This document shows positions 51,179-64,000 of a stretch of DNA of 64,000 nt, one piece after another. Under the pieces are notes generated by a model. That model was not told the DNA's origin. It was given only the letters and a program-made list of their open reading frames with translations, and made no database searches. This DNA comes from Mustelus asterias (Eukaryota): NCBI RefSeq assembly GCF_964213995.1, contig NC_135826.1:42718001-42782000 (forward strand). Direction: 5' to 3'. The translations under genes and the position numbers were made by a program. Numbering within the stretch: position 1 is the first letter of the stretch; every line of letters begins with the position of its first letter.

Positions 51179-51469
51179 AAAGGTGCTACATAAATGAGGT
51201 GTCTTCCCTGAACTATGTGTTGAGGCTGTGGGAGTTAGGGCACTCACTCAAGGTTCTCCTTCCTGATCAGTGATTTCTGCTGGAGTGTTGACATGTGTGT
51301 GGACCTCGAGCGAGGAGAGCTGACCTGTGAAACCCCTTAAACTGCTGATTGACACATAGGGCTGAGCTGCCCCCATATAGCATCCCTGAGCAAAGAGCAC
51401 CTTCAGGAAAAAAAGGAAGGCGAAAAATGACATTATTAATAATAAGTGAACTTTTGGAGTTTGTTTGCA

Positions 51470-52230
51470 AGTTGCTAAGCCCCGCCCATTTAATCAATTG
51501 ACTGACGGGCTGTGGCCCCGCCCCTCTCTCCTATTGGTTAGACCGTCCGCCAATCAGCCGACAGCATTGAACCTCCCCTAACAGCGGCTTCGAAGCTGAG
51601 GTAAAAGTGAATGAAATTTAATTTATATCAGAATTCAAATCAGAGCATGTTAAACACCTCCACCCCGCTCTCTTCGCTTATAAATAATTTTCTGTCATGT
51701 CGCGTCGTAGATACACATCCTTACAAATGATCAATGATCTTCCCCACCGCGCCGCTGGTCCCGCCTCCTCCCTCTCCTGATTGGACCAGCCTATGTTTAC
51801 ATCCTGACGTAATTCACAAGCTGGATAGTGATTGGTCTAAAGGCAAGTCCGTCAAACGCGTTTCCACCCAATTAGCGTCCTGCCCTCCAATACCGATAGC
51901 TGATTGGCTCAGATTTACGCTAATCGTCATGACGTTCCTCCAGAACAACAACCAATCAGCCCGCGCCTTTGTCAATACCTCTTTCTGATTGGGTGCCGGC
52001 AATGAAATAATGGGAACGCCCCTCCCGTTGGACCAATCCCAGGTCCGGGCCCAGGGCGGTGGGGCGGAGCCGCTGCTCGCGCCGCCGGTTGTTCACCTCG
52101 CGGCCGCGGCGCCTGGCTGGGTCCTCCAGAATCCCACACTGCCCTGCGCCCAGTTGGAAGTTTACTCTCAGAGCCTGGGACAAGCTGAAGGGAGGCAGGG
52201 CGAGTGGGATAAGCGGGGCGGGATCTGAGC
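51470..52230. promoter_or_regulatory. CpG-rich, probably bidirectional promoter with 10 CCAAT boxes, GC boxes and CRE half-sites
   Basis: CCAAT/ATTGG at 51533, 51550, 51780, 51831, 51868, 51887, 51903, 51952, 51988 and 52033; GC boxes near 51481, 51516, 52061 and 52215; unusually many CpGs for this window. Confidence 0.8.
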
Positions 52231-52299
52231 TCAGAATTGGGGGTGGGGGGCTGAGAGAAAGAGAGAGGCCAGGGTGAAGGGAACTGGGGCTCAAGGTGA

Positions 52300-52410
52300 A
52301 GGGGTACTGAGGGTGAGGGGGGACTGATGGGGGTCTGAGGGTGAGGGGGCACTGAGGGTGAGGGGGCACTGAGAGTGAGGGGGCACTGAGAGTGAGGGGG
52401 CACTGAGAGT
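52300..52410 (+). repeat. 17-bp G-rich minisatellite (GTGAGGGGGCACTGAGA)n
   Basis: About four near-perfect units from 52341, with degenerate units upstream. Confidence 0.85.
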
Positions 52411-53956
52411 GGTCTCAGGTGAAGGGACAGCTAGGGTGAAGCGGGAAACCTGTGTGAGGAGGACTGAGGGAGGGCTAGGCCAGTGCCAACTGGGGAGGGC
52501 TGAAAGAGGATAAGGTCAGGCCAGTGCAAGGCAAACTGAGGCAGGTCAGGGTAAGGGGACTGAGTGGCCAGGCCAGAGTAAGTGGGAGAACTGAGGGAGG
52601 GCAAGGCCAGGGTAAGGAAAGCTGAATTTAGTAAAGGGGCGACCAGGTCAAAGTAAAAAAGAGGTAGCCTTATTCAAACCAGAGTGGGGGAAAGGTTGCC
52701 CAAGTTGATGGTGTTCTGGAACAGTACAGATTGAGAGGGTGGGGCAAGGTACAGTGAGAAACGGCCGGGCTGAGGGGCAGTGCAGACTGAGGAAGTGATA
52801 GAGAAGGATAGGCCACAGTAAGGGAAGGAAGGGTAGGAACTGAGGAGTCTGTGGCAGACCAGAGTGAGTAAAGGAGGGCAGGCAGAATAGAGCATTCTGA
52901 ATGTGAGGGATAACTCATAGTGAGTTAGAATAGTGAGGATCAGGATGGTGGACTGAGCCAGGATAGCTGAGTTAAACAGGTTCCAACTAGGCTGAACGAG
53001 GACAGCAGAGAGCCTTCTTTGCAAAAGATCAATCCAGAGACCACGCGGACTAAGGTAAATGCGGTGGAGGTCTGTCGATGGCATTCTGCAATCTGTTAAA
53101 AGTGTTAAATTGAATTTTCTACGTTCAGTTTGATGTTTGAATGGTTTGAATAAATACATGCAGTGATGTGCCTCTTAGAGGGCCACCGTCTGTGGAGTGA
53201 AATGACAGGTTGGTGTTTTGGGATGAGACTGTTACGCAGAATACTGAATGGCCTTTAATTAATTAAATCTCTTTGCCTTTCAGGTTTGACAGAATGGTTG
53301 TAAATTCTCTCTCTTTTGCTGTTTTTGATTATGGATTTTTACATTTTGTTTGTGTATCTAGGGAACCTGTCTGGTTAGGCGATGTTTCAAAATATCTCCA
53401 AAAGATGTCTTGGTGCTTTAGTTCAGATTGCTTTCTTGGGAACAGTTTATATTTGGAGAAAAAAATGACGTGTCTTTTAAAGATTTCAGTTTCGTTTCAA
53501 AGAGCGGGTTACAAAATAAGAAAATACTGGATCTATGTCTGGTAAGATCTGAAAAGATGGTGTGATTTCTTGGAATTCTGATTAGGCCTGTTAATCCTCC
53601 TTTTCAGATTTCAGCATTCTGTTGTTAAATTTGTAGGGGCTTATTTTTTAATGAAACAATCACATGTCTCTCCTTTTGATCAAAACATAAATGAGTGCTT
53701 TTCATTTCTGATTACGTCCCCATAGTTTCAAGTGCAAGAGGTTTTGGCAACTGCACCAGAGAAAATGCAGACATCTCCTCTCTGACAAAGGTTTTAAATG
53801 GTATAATTACCAGACTGCAGGGCAAAAGATTTTAATTTTGCTTGGATTATTTATAAGGTCATCCTTTGAGTTCCCAAAGGCAGGTTTATGGGCAATTCTG
53901 TTGCATATTTTGCATTGTTCCAAAGTAATTTTGACTTCACTTTGTAATGCATGGTA

Positions 53957-54260
53957 TAAAGTTTAAAGTTTATTCGTGTCACAAGTGGGCTTACATTAAC
54001 TCTGCAGTGAAGTTATTGTGAAAATCCTCTAGCTGCCAAACTCCAGCGCCTGTTTGGGTGCACTGAGGGATAATTTAGCATGGCCAATGCACCTAACCAG
54101 CACGTCTTTTGGACTGTGGGAGGAAACCGGAGCATCTGGAGAAAACCCATGCAGACACGGGGAGAATGTGCAGACTCTACACAGTGACCCAAGCTGGGAA
54201 TCGAACCCAGGTCCCTGGCGCTGTGAGGTAGCAGTGCTAACTACTGTGCCACCATGCTGC
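53957..54260 (-). mobile_element. HE1-like V-SINE with alternative tail
   Basis: As 2125-2416. Confidence 0.83.
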
Positions 54261-54884
54261 CCAGGTGAGGGGGGCATATACTGTTACAACTTCCAGACTG
54301 ACAGTCAGGTTTATTTTTCTTATATTAAGCTAATTGACTTGCTCTATGCCATTAACTCCATAAAGTTCTGCAAAGTAGTTGCATCTGGAGCAAAGAAAGT
54401 ATTTGGAGATGATATGCTGGATCACTGTAAGCTTTTAAAGATTAGTAAACTGTTTTCTGTTTTGCTGGTATTTAAGAACAGCATTCAGAGAGACCAGGAG
54501 AACTGTTGGCTGTTGTTTCTGATAATAGAGCAGTGACAATGTAACACAGATTAATAGGATTAGGTTGTTGAGTGCTAGTACGGAGGAGGTGCTGCACCAT
54601 CAGAGTCTTTTGGATGCAGATGTTAAACTGAGGCCCTTGTCTACCTTCTCAGGTGGATAGAAAAGATTCCCAAATCATGACTGGGGAAAGGGAAAGAGCG
54701 TTCTATCCATTGGCCTGGCCAATATTTAAATTTCAACCAACATCACATTGTTCTTTGTGGCTTTGTTGTCTCAAATTACCTGCTATTTTTCTGACACTGC
54801 AGTGATTATCTATCAAGAAAGTACTTAATTGGCTGTAAGATGCTTTGGAATGTCCAGAGGTTGTTAATTCAGGTCCTGTCATAG

Positions 54885-55390
54885 AATATAGAGTCATAGA
54901 GGTTTACAGCATGGAAACAGGCCCTTCGGCCCAACTTGCCCATGCCGTCCCTTTTTAACCACTAAGCTAGTCCCAATTGCCTTTGTTTGGCCCATATCCC
55001 TCTATACCCATCTTACTAAATGCTTTTTAAAAGACAAAATTGTACCCGCCTCTACTACTACCCCTGGCAGCTTGTTCCAGACACTCACCACCTTTGTGTG
55101 TGAAAAAATTGCCCCTCTGGATCCTTTTGTATCTCTCCCCTCTGAGCTTAAACTATGGCCTCTAGTTTTAGTCTCCCCTACCTTTGGGAAAAGATGTTAG
55201 CTGTCTAGCTGATCTATGCCCCTCATTATTTTATAGACCTCTATAGGATCATCCCTAAGTCTCGGACACTCTAGGGAAAAAAAATCCCAGTCTATCCAGC
55301 CTCTCCTTATAACTCAAACCATCCAAGTTCTGATAGCATCTCAGTAAATCTTTTCTGCACACATTCTAGTTTAATGATATTCCTTCTATA
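54885..55390 (-). mobile_element. CR1 3' fragment
   Basis: CR1 tail (catagagtcatagaggtttacagcatggaaacaggcc on +) and remnants of the RT C-terminus. Confidence 0.8.
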
Positions 55391-55399
55391 TGTGATGTT

Positions 55400-56875
55400 C
55401 TGGATGCGTTGTTTGGCTTTTTAGTAGTCGGCATCTGTCTGTCTGTGGAAATCATGGACTGTGCACAGGATGCATATCACTTCAGAATTGAACATTGTCT
55501 GTTGTGGCTGTGGAGGTTGGCTCGTTAATGGCAATCCCTTCCACAGGTGAATGCTGTTGGCCTGAGGGCTGATCTCTTTTCTCCCCATCTGGTGCGTTGT
55601 ATGTTCGTTGTTTCGTTGGTTCTTTCTATCGTTCTTTGCTTTTTTCATACCCTTTTTGTCTGCCTGTCTCCAGCCACTCTGGTCAGCTGCGGGGACTTCC
55701 CATGGATTGACTCTGATCCCAATCAACTTGAGGTCTCGCTTACAGACATCCTTATATCGCAGGTGTGGGTGACCTGTTGGGTCTTGTACCAGAGAAAGCT
55801 TGCTATAGAGCATGTCTTTGGGAATGTGGCCATTGTCTATTCAGCTCACGTGACCCAGCTAACGGAGTTGCCGCTGACTCAAGAGGGCAAACGTGCTGGG
55901 GATCCCTGCTCACTGGTGTACTCCTGTATTCAGCACTCTGTCCTGCCAGGAGGTGCCCAGTATTCATTTGAGGTAGCGGAAGTGGAAGCAGTTCAGGTTT
56001 TTTTGGTTTTCATAAGTTGTCCATGCTTCACTTCTGTAAAGGAGGGTGCTGAGAATGCAAGCCTGGTACGTATGAAACTTTGTTTGTTCGGTTAGTTTGC
56101 TGTTGGCCCACAAGTAACTTTGACATGACAGCTCCTGCCTTGGCAAATCTAGTGCTGATTACAGCATCAAGGGGCAGGTTGCTGATGATTGTTGATCCAA
56201 GTTATGTGAATGGTCAACGACCTCCACAGTGAGGTCATTGTTGATGGAAGGTGGAGCCTCAATATTTTGTCCCTTTAATTTGATCTTCCTGGTGGTGTTA
56301 GTCCAAACTCTTTGCAGACCCGGGAGAGCAGATCTCCAAACTGCTGCAAGTAAAATTTAGCATGGGATGTCAGGATGTTGTCATCAGCAAACAGCAACTC
56401 GCCAATTAGAACTTTTACGCCCTTTGATCTTGGTATGCAATCTTGCCAAGTTGAACACCTTGCCATCTGCTCTGTGCGTACAATACCAGCATGGATCAGA
56501 ATATCCCGCAGAGAGCTGGCACCAGGACGCAGCTCTGCTTCATCCTGCTGCTGATCTTGAAAGCTTCCAGTGATACTCCATGGTACTGATGGAACTGTGC
56601 ATGTTCTCGTGGTAAAGAGAAATGACCCCCAAGAGTCCAGGAGGGCAGCCTATTTTCTGTGGCAGTTTGAAGAGTCCTCTGCTGACCAGGTTGACGGTCT
56701 TGGTGAGGTTTTTAAGGCAATGTAGAGTAGCTTGCACTGCTCTTGCTATTTCTGCTGATCTGCCAGCCCTGAATCTGCACTGAGACGCAGGGTAGTTGAG
56801 TGATGCCAGGGTCAGTAATCAAAGAGCAATGCAAGCAAAGGTCTTCCGCACAATACTGAGCAAAGAGTTGCCTCA
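55400..56875 (-). mobile_element. Degraded RTE-clade LINE
   Basis: Fragments ELLFADD, YQACILSTLLY.SEAWT, HLRYKDVCKRDLK, LFKL.QKIGCPP. Confidence 0.75.
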
Positions 56876-56879
56876 GTTT

Positions 56880-58140
56880 TGTTTTTATTCATTCAAGGAA
56901 TGTGGGCTTTACTGGATAGGCCAGCATTCAGTGCCCATCTGTAACTGCCCTTGAGAAGCTGCCATTTTGAACCACTGTAGTCCATGTAGTGTAGGTTTGC
57001 CCCACAGTGCTGTTGGAGAGGGAGTTCTGGGATTTTGAGCCGACGACAATGAAGGAACGGCAATATATTTCCAAATCAGGATGGTGAGTGACTGGAAGGG
57101 GAATTTCTTGGTGGTGGTGTTCCCATGTATCTGTTGTCCTTGTCCTCCTATGGTAGTGGTGTTGGGTATGGAAGATACTGTTCAAGGAACCTTGGTGAGT
57201 TCCTGCTGTGCACCTTATAGATGGTATACATTGCAGCCACTGTGTTGGTGGTGAAATCAAGCTTTTGTCCTGACTGGAGCTGCACTCATCCAGGCAAGGG
57301 GAGAGTATTCCATCACACTCCTGACTTGTGCCTTGAAGGTAGTAGACAGGCTTTGGGGAGTCAGGACGTGGTCTACTCGCCACAGAATTCCTAGCTTCTG
57401 ATCTGCTCTTGTAAACACATTTATATAGCTGGTCCTGTTCTGTTGCTGGTGAGGGATTCAGCAATGGTACTGCTATTGAATGTCAAGGGTGGGCAGTTAG
57501 ATCCTCTCTTGTTGGAGATGGTCATTATCTGGCACTTGATGCAAATGTTGCTTGCTACTTGTCAGCCCAACCCTGGATATTGCCCAGGTCTTGTTGCATT
57601 TGGACATGGACTGCTTCAGTATCTGAGTTATTGTGAATGGAGTTGCATATTGTGCGAACATCCCTACTTCTGACCTTACGATGGAAAGAAGGTAATTGAA
57701 GCAGCTGAAGATGGTTGAGCCATGGACACTACCCTGAGGAATTCCTGCAGTGATGTCCTGGAGCTGAGATGACTGACTTCTAACCACCACAACCATCTTC
57801 CTTTGTGCTAGGTGTGACTCCAACTAGCGGAGAGTTTCCCCGATTCCTATTGACTTGGGGCTCCTTGATGCCAAACTTATTCAAATGTTGCCTTGATATC
57901 AAGGGCAGTCACTCTCACCTCTGGAGTTGAGTCTTTTGTCCATGTTTGAACCAAGACAGTAGTGAGGTCAGGCCCAGGAGAAACCCAAACTGTGTGTCAG
58001 TGAGCAGCTTATTGATAGACAAGTGCCACTTGATTGCTCTGCCCTTCCATCACTTTACTGATTGACTGTAGACTGATGGAGCGTAATAGGCTGGTCTGGA
58101 TGTACCCGAGCAGTTTTCACATTGCTGGGTAGATTGTTGT
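56880..58140 (-). mobile_element. Degraded non-LTR element of the ...KKAAHHHL family
   Basis: QRKMVVVV...ITAGIPQGSV.G.TIFSCF; homologous to 8168-8665. Confidence 0.75.
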
Positions 58141-58779
58141 AGTTGCTGCAGTTCCCCCTTTTTGTTTTATGTTTGCATCATGCATGTCGTAGGGCACAGA
58201 CCTTTCCTTCCAACAGAGACCCAAGAGTTCATGGAGTTGCTGCAGCAGTGCCAATTTTCCACTTCTGGCTGCTTAATGAGAAGCAGTTCATAGTGTATTG
58301 AAGACTGTGTTGAATCAGATGGTGAGGAGGCTGCTCTGTGGAGCTGTAGAAATGTATTAATTAGTGCTTTCCTGACTCGAGATAAAGAGTAGCAATAGTG
58401 GAAGGGGGATGGGAAGGGTTGGCTTGTGATGTAGTCATCATTTAAAGTGCTTAGTATGTGAGTCTGCAGGAGCCTGATTAGAAGGAAAATCAACAGCAGA
58501 ACTGAGCCAGTGGGAGTGTCTAATAGTGAAGCAGAGTATTTTAAACGAGTTATACTCTTTGCTGGGCTCCTATATAAGGATCATCATGTAGATTGTTGAT
58601 ATCCTGTCCTCAAAACGTGCCCCTGTGCATATTAATTGTAAGTGTACTTTAATCTGCATTTAATTGTCAGATTAATACATTTCTTACTGATTCTGCTCTC
58701 TTTGGCTTCTGCAACTTTTTGAATGGGGCCTAATTTTTATGATGCTTACACGTGTTTGAGAATAGATTTATTGGAATTG

Positions 58780-59685
58780 GTATGTTGAAACTTTGGTCCT
58801 AGTGGTGAGTGCTGGAGTGAAAGCAGGTGAACGCATGGGTGCTTGCAGATTGGAATTTTGCTAAGTTGTTCGATGTAAGGGAGGAATGAAGAAAGTTCAC
58901 TCATGCTTCCGAGCAGCTGGCCAGGGGTAGGGTGTGGTGCATGGCCTCAGGAAACACAAGCTGCATTGTGGCTGAAGATGCAGTTGTTGCAGTATGTCCA
59001 GAAATCTACTGGGAAAGACAGTTGCACACCTTGTGGAATGTGTCTTTGCAAAGAAGGTCTGGACAGAAATGCAGTCGAAGTTCATTCTGAGCAGCTCTGA
59101 TGCAGACTTTGCTCTATGACCTGTTGCCAGGAAAGCACATCAAGGCAAACGTCAATTGCTGTTGGAGGGTCATCAACTTGGTGAAAGACGCTCTTTTGAG
59201 TCTGCCCAAAACTTGTTGATCTTCCAGTGCAAAGAATTGTCCTCGACCGAATGTTGCAGACTGGCACATTCCAAGGTCCAGGACTAAATGCTGAGGAATG
59301 CACTCCAACTTGAGGAAGCCTTGCCACCACCAAGGAGCAATGGGGAAAGGCTGCTGTGTACGACCCTTCAGCCAATATACACTGAGGGGCTGGTAACTGT
59401 AAAACCTCTTGGACTGTGCTTAATTCTTATTGTATGTAACTGTATCGAAGCACCTCAGAATGCAACATGATCGATATAGATCGTTTGAAAAGAATTGTGT
59501 TCCCTGTAATGAAAATATTGAAATGCTTGTAATGTTTTCATTACTGAATTGAAGCACTTCAGAGTGCATCTTAATACCTAGAGAATGTGACTATCATTGC
59601 ACTTTAATGTTAGGACAATTTGAAATGTTTTGTAATGTTTCTTTCAGATATTATATGAATAAAGTATATTTTGGCAAGAAAAATT
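58780..59685 (+). mobile_element. Degraded Tx1/L1-type LINE 3' end
   Basis: Remnants CWRVINLVKDAL and ECCRLAHSKVQD; 3' end atgaataaagtatattttg(A)n, also seen at about 23760 and 8000. Confidence 0.65.
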
Positions 59686-59872
59686 AAATAAATCATTTAT
59701 GGGATGTGGATAGCTAGGCCAGCATTTATTGACCATTCTTAGTTGTCTTTGGGGAGGTGGTGGTGAGTTGCCTAAAACTAAGGGAAAGTTCACTGCTCCT
59801 CGGGGAAGCAATGAACTTTTACCCCTACCAAGCCTCACCGCTGGTATGTGGTTGATTTAATATAAAAATATC

Positions 59873-60000
59873 GTGCTGGAAAAGCTCAGCAGGTCTGGCA
59901 GCATTCTGTGGATGCTGCCGGACCTGCTAAGTGAGCTTTTCCAGCACTTTCTGTTTTTATTTCAGATCTCCAACATCTGCAGTATTTAGCTTTTATTTTA
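59873..60000. mobile_element. Penelope-like palindromic remnant, family 2 (degraded)
   Basis: gctggaaaagctcagcaggtctggcagcat and its inverted copy; same 3' extension as 20546-20580. Confidence 0.6.
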
Positions 60001-60519
60001 GTGGTTAATTAATGTCTGCTGAAGTTGCTTAGCAATCTGCCGCATTGTAAAAGCAGCCACTTTGGGCAGCAAGGAAAATCCTTCGTTGATATGAAGAACG
60101 GGTACATAACTGAGGTGGCAGTAAGTGTCCTTTTTTTTGGCCTCTTTTTGCTCTGTACCTCAGCACAAGTCCGTAGCTAAAACTGGGCAAGAACCTCTCT
60201 CCTTGTTCCCTTGTTAGTGTAGAGATATTAAGGCGGACATGTTTGGATTCTTATTGAGGCATAATTAATATATTTTCACGGTGTACTAAAGGCTGTAGCA
60301 AATCAAGTGGTGGGAATGTTGCTGTTGTTAGCATTAAACAGACCTTTGCCAGTATTTTATAAAAAGAATAATTCTCTAGGATATGGTTGCACTTGACTAG
60401 CATTTATTGCCTTTCCTTTGTTGCCCTTGAGGAGGTGGTGCTGAGCCACCTTGCAGTTTTTGTGAAGGTGCTTCCAGAGTGCTGTTAGTTGGGAGTTCCA
60501 GGATTTCGATCCAATGGGG

Positions 60520-60816
60520 TGTCATGGTGGCACAGTCACCAGGGACCTGGGTTCAATTCCGGCCTTGGGTGGCTGTTTGTGTGGAATCTGCACGTTCTCC
60601 CTGTGTCTGCGTGGGTTTTCTCCGGGTGCTCTGGTTTCCTCCTACACTCCAAAGATGTGCGGGTTAGGTTGATTGGCTATGTTAAATTGTCCCTTAGTCT
60701 CAGGGGGACTAGCAGGGCAAATACATGGGGTTAAAGGGAATGGACTTGGGTGCGATTGTTGTCGGTGCAGACTCAATGGACCGAATGGCCTCCTTCTGCA
60801 CTGTAGGGATTCTATG
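60520..60816 (+). mobile_element. HE1-like V-SINE
   Basis: V-domain and CR1-type tail. Confidence 0.82.
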
Positions 60817-61741
60817 ACAACAAACAAATTGAGACATATGTCCAAGTCAGGATGGTGTGTGATTTGGGGGTGATGGTGCTCCAACATTTCTGCTGCACGT
60901 TTCCCACGTGAAATGAATGTTAAAAAAAAAAATGTAAGACTTGAAACCGACCCAAGTTCTTTGTCAACAATGAGACCTTCTTTTCTCCAGTCATTTAGCC
61001 AAGTGTACTGATGCTCTAATGTTTTAATTTTTAGTTATGTCTGTGGCATCACAGGTGTGATCCTTATTTCTTGCAGTTATTGTGGACAGAGAATCTTTAC
61101 TATCATGATGTAGATTCTGTATTTATCTGTCTACGTCTACGAAGAGCAATCCTGATACAAAACATAGTTGGATTGCAGCAGGGGCTCTTACTGAGATTTT
61201 CTTGTCTGAGTTTGGGATGGGACCATCATCACACTCTGGAATACGAGCACCTCTTTATTGGCGCAGCAATTAATTTTGGAATGGCATAAAAGCTGCAACT
61301 TCCTTTACTTGATAAGTGTAGTGCCAGCTGCAGTCTTTGTTGCCATTATTATTCTTGTGTTATGATTACCAATGGCAGGATTCTTATTTTCTTGTCTATC
61401 CCCAGTTGTTTTGAGTAGGTGATGGTGGGATTTCTCCTTGAATCGTTGCAGTCCTTGTGGTGCTCCCACTGGTGTCAGCCATGGTTTAGTGAGAATCCAC
61501 AATTTTCTGACTCCAGAAACTTTAGCGCCAAAATATAGTCTGGATGCTGCCAGTGCTGTACTGCGGAATTGTTGCACTGTTGGGGATGTCATTTTCCAGA
61601 TGTCAAGCTGGGGCTCTGCTTGTCCCCTCTCAAGTGCATGTAAAAGACTCCATGGCACTATTAGAAGAAGAGTTGCAGAGTTTTTCCCAGTGTCATAGCC
61701 AATATTTATATCACAACTAAAGACAATTTATCTGCCCACTT

Positions 61742-62318
61742 GACACGATAGTTAAGAAAGCTCACCATCGCCTCTACTTTCTCAGAAGACTAAGGAAATT
61801 TGGCATGTCATTTACAACTCTCACTAACTTTTACAGATTCACCATAGAAAGCATTCTTTCTGGTTGTATCACAACTTGGTATGGCTCCTGCTCTGCCGAA
61901 GACCACAAGAAACTACAAAAGGTCGTGAATGTAGCCCAATCCATCACGCAAACCAGCCTCCCATCCATTGACTCTCTCTACACTTCCCGCTGCCTCGGCA
62001 AAGCAGCTAGCATAATTAAGGACCCCATGCACCCCGGACATTCTCTCTTCCACCTTCTTCCGTTGGGAAAAAGATACAAAAGTCTGAGGTCACGTACCAA
62101 CCGACTCAAGATCAGCTTCTTCCCTGCTGCTGTCAGATTTTTGAATGGACTTACCTTGCATTAAGTTGATCTTTCCCTAGACCCTAGCTATGGCTGTGAC
62201 ACTATATTCTGCACTCTCCCTTTCCTTTTCTATGAATGGTATGTTTTGTCTGTATAGCCTGCAAGAAACAATACTTTCCATGGTGTGCTAATACATGTGA
62301 CAATAAAAAATCAAATCA
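61742..62318 (+). mobile_element. Rex1/Babar 3' fragment
   Basis: ORF 61805-62164; closely similar to 22710-23290. Confidence 0.88.
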
Positions 62319-63782
62319 TTGCAGGTTTGTGGGACCTTGCAGTCAACAGTGACCATACTTCACACGAACTTAATGGGCTGATGAGGCTAAAATGCAAGTA
62401 CTTTTCTTGAGCTGCTCCTAGGGAATTTCAGGATGTTAATCCAGTAATAATTTAGCACTTTAAAACAAAAATGACCATAACAGTGTCACTATCTGACGGG
62501 CAAGGATCACTTGACTCTAATATTGTTATCTGAGATGGAAGCAGAACTGAAGTTCCAAATAACACGCATCCAATTGGTTGCCAGTTAAGGTTGGATGTTA
62601 AATGTAATTGAAATTATAACAAAAATCTATTAACAGGAACAGAGTATACTCACTGCTATTCTGTCTTCAACAGGGTGGGAGGCTGGTGCCAGATTTACCA
62701 GTTAGCGCCTGTTACAAGGAGGCTGTTTTTCTTAATTTTTTGTGACATTAATCATCTAAGTCTAAATTTCTTTCAGAACTTCTCAGCTTTCTGATATTCT
62801 GTCACTTTATCATGTTTCAGATGAGTTTTTGTACACTCAATCCAAGAGGTCCTAATTTCTATACTTCTCTGTTTAATGTGATATTGAGTCTATTATAGCT
62901 GCTAGTGAATGAAGACTGATTTTAAAATTCAATCATTTCAGCATTTGAAAAGCCTCAATGTTGCAATTTGTGCTCTGCACTATTGCGGGATCAAATTCCT
63001 GGAACCCCTTCCCTAACAGCTCTGTGGATGTAGCTACACTATATGGACTACAACGGTTCAAGAAGGCAGCTCACCGCCACCTTCCTGAGGGCAAGTAGGG
63101 AGGGGCAATAAATGCTGTCCTCGCCAGTGACGCCAACATCCCATGAATGAATAAGATAAATTCTACATCTGATATCAGATTTCAATCCAGTGATATCTTG
63201 AATCCAGAGTGATACCATTAATTTTCTGCCAAATTCTCCATGTCACTGGAGCAAACTGTGATGGAATGCACAAAGGACTTGAACCCTGCCTCCAACTGGC
63301 AATTTTGAAGCATTAAACCAGCTCGGGGGAGTGAATGAGAAGCAGATGATAATTAGCATTGAGCAACAGTCGAGTTAAGCACTCTTGAATGCTCCAGAAC
63401 ATTATTGAAGAGGTGCTCTGCACTCTGGTCTCCCTGATTTCCAACACTGCCATTGGTAGCTGTGTCTTCAGATGCCTAGGTTGTAAGCTCTGTAATTCCC
63501 TCTCTGACCCTCTTAGCCTCTCATTTAAGCCATTCTTTAAAACTTATCTCTTTGACCAAGTTCTCAGTCCCAATTCCTAATGTCTGCTTCGGTGGCTCAT
63601 TGTCAGACTTTTTAACACACTGCTTTGGAATATCTTGGGATGTTTTTGTACATTCGAGTCAGTATATGAATGCTAGTTCTTGTTGAGAAACCCTCTTGAG
63701 GATAAGCTTATTGGTTAAGGCTCATTGGTTGCTTCATGTGGATTTGAATGACCCTATGCAAAGAAGGCAGGGTATTATTACA

Positions 63783-64000
63783 GGGCGGCACGGTAGCACA
63801 GTGGTTAGCACTGCTGCTTCACAGCTCCAGGGACCTGGGTTCGATTCCCGGCTTGGGTCACTGTCTGTGTGGAGTTTGCACATTCTCCTCGTGTCTGCGT
63901 GGGTTTCCTCCGGGTGCTCCGGTTTCCTCCCACAGTCCAAAGATGTGCGGGTTAGGTTGATTGGCCATGCTAAAATTGCCCCTTAGTGTCCTGGGATGTG
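63783..64000 (+). mobile_element. HE1-like V-SINE (young; runs off the window)
   Basis: Intact Pol III B-box GGTTCGATTCC; CpGs preserved. Confidence 0.88.

Noticed and set aside
51248-51433. 61-aa ORF with a signal-peptide-like start (MSFFAFLFFLKVLFAQG)
   Set aside because: The hydrophobic stretch is simply a translated polypyrimidine tract ending in AG; it is better explained as a splice acceptor.
51956-52403. Proline-rich ORFs (137 and 143 aa) on the minus strand
   Set aside because: They are translations of the G-rich minisatellite and CpG island with no recognisable domain.
63783-63860. tRNA-like sequences with A/B boxes (here and in other SINE heads)
   Set aside because: They are SINE heads continuing into the V-domain; no complete cloverleaf.
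52430-64000. Coding exons of a downstream gene (e.g. SLC25A42)
   Set aside because: Only isolated splice-like motifs (53283, 60120, 62673) were seen, with no recognisable protein sequence.

Overview
Vertebrate, repeat-rich genomic DNA. The HE1-type V-SINEs, Deu-domain SINEs, CR1/Rex1/RTE/Tx1 LINE relics and 69-bp minisatellite point to a cartilaginous fish (shark); this is inferred from remembered repeat families, not from a search. Three protein-coding genes can be supported. Two are intact, intronless, 270-aa TSSK6 (testis-specific serine kinase 6) paralogues in tandem on the minus strand (4951-5763 and 16429-17241, 199/270 residues identical by hand count). The third is a complete ARMC6 gene on the plus strand, head-to-head with the kinase pair (7 coding exons from 25908 to 43010, 466 aa, all GT-AG and phase-consistent). 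A CpG-rich promoter with ten CCAAT boxes at about 51470-52230 starts a further gene whose coding exons I cannot find in the window. Most other ORFs in the track are transposon fragments or noise. The most interesting observations are: (1) short, TSD-flanked, palindromic Penelope-like insertions carrying minimal hammerhead-ribozyme cores; (2) the duplicated, asymmetrically diverged TSSK6 pair, which shares a TATA box, an invariant 21-mer and an out-of-frame AUG exactly 13 nt before each start codon; (3) spermiogenesis-type regulatory clusters (CRE/nuclear-receptor and RFX); and (4) a possible spliced antisense transcript from the bidirectional promoter.
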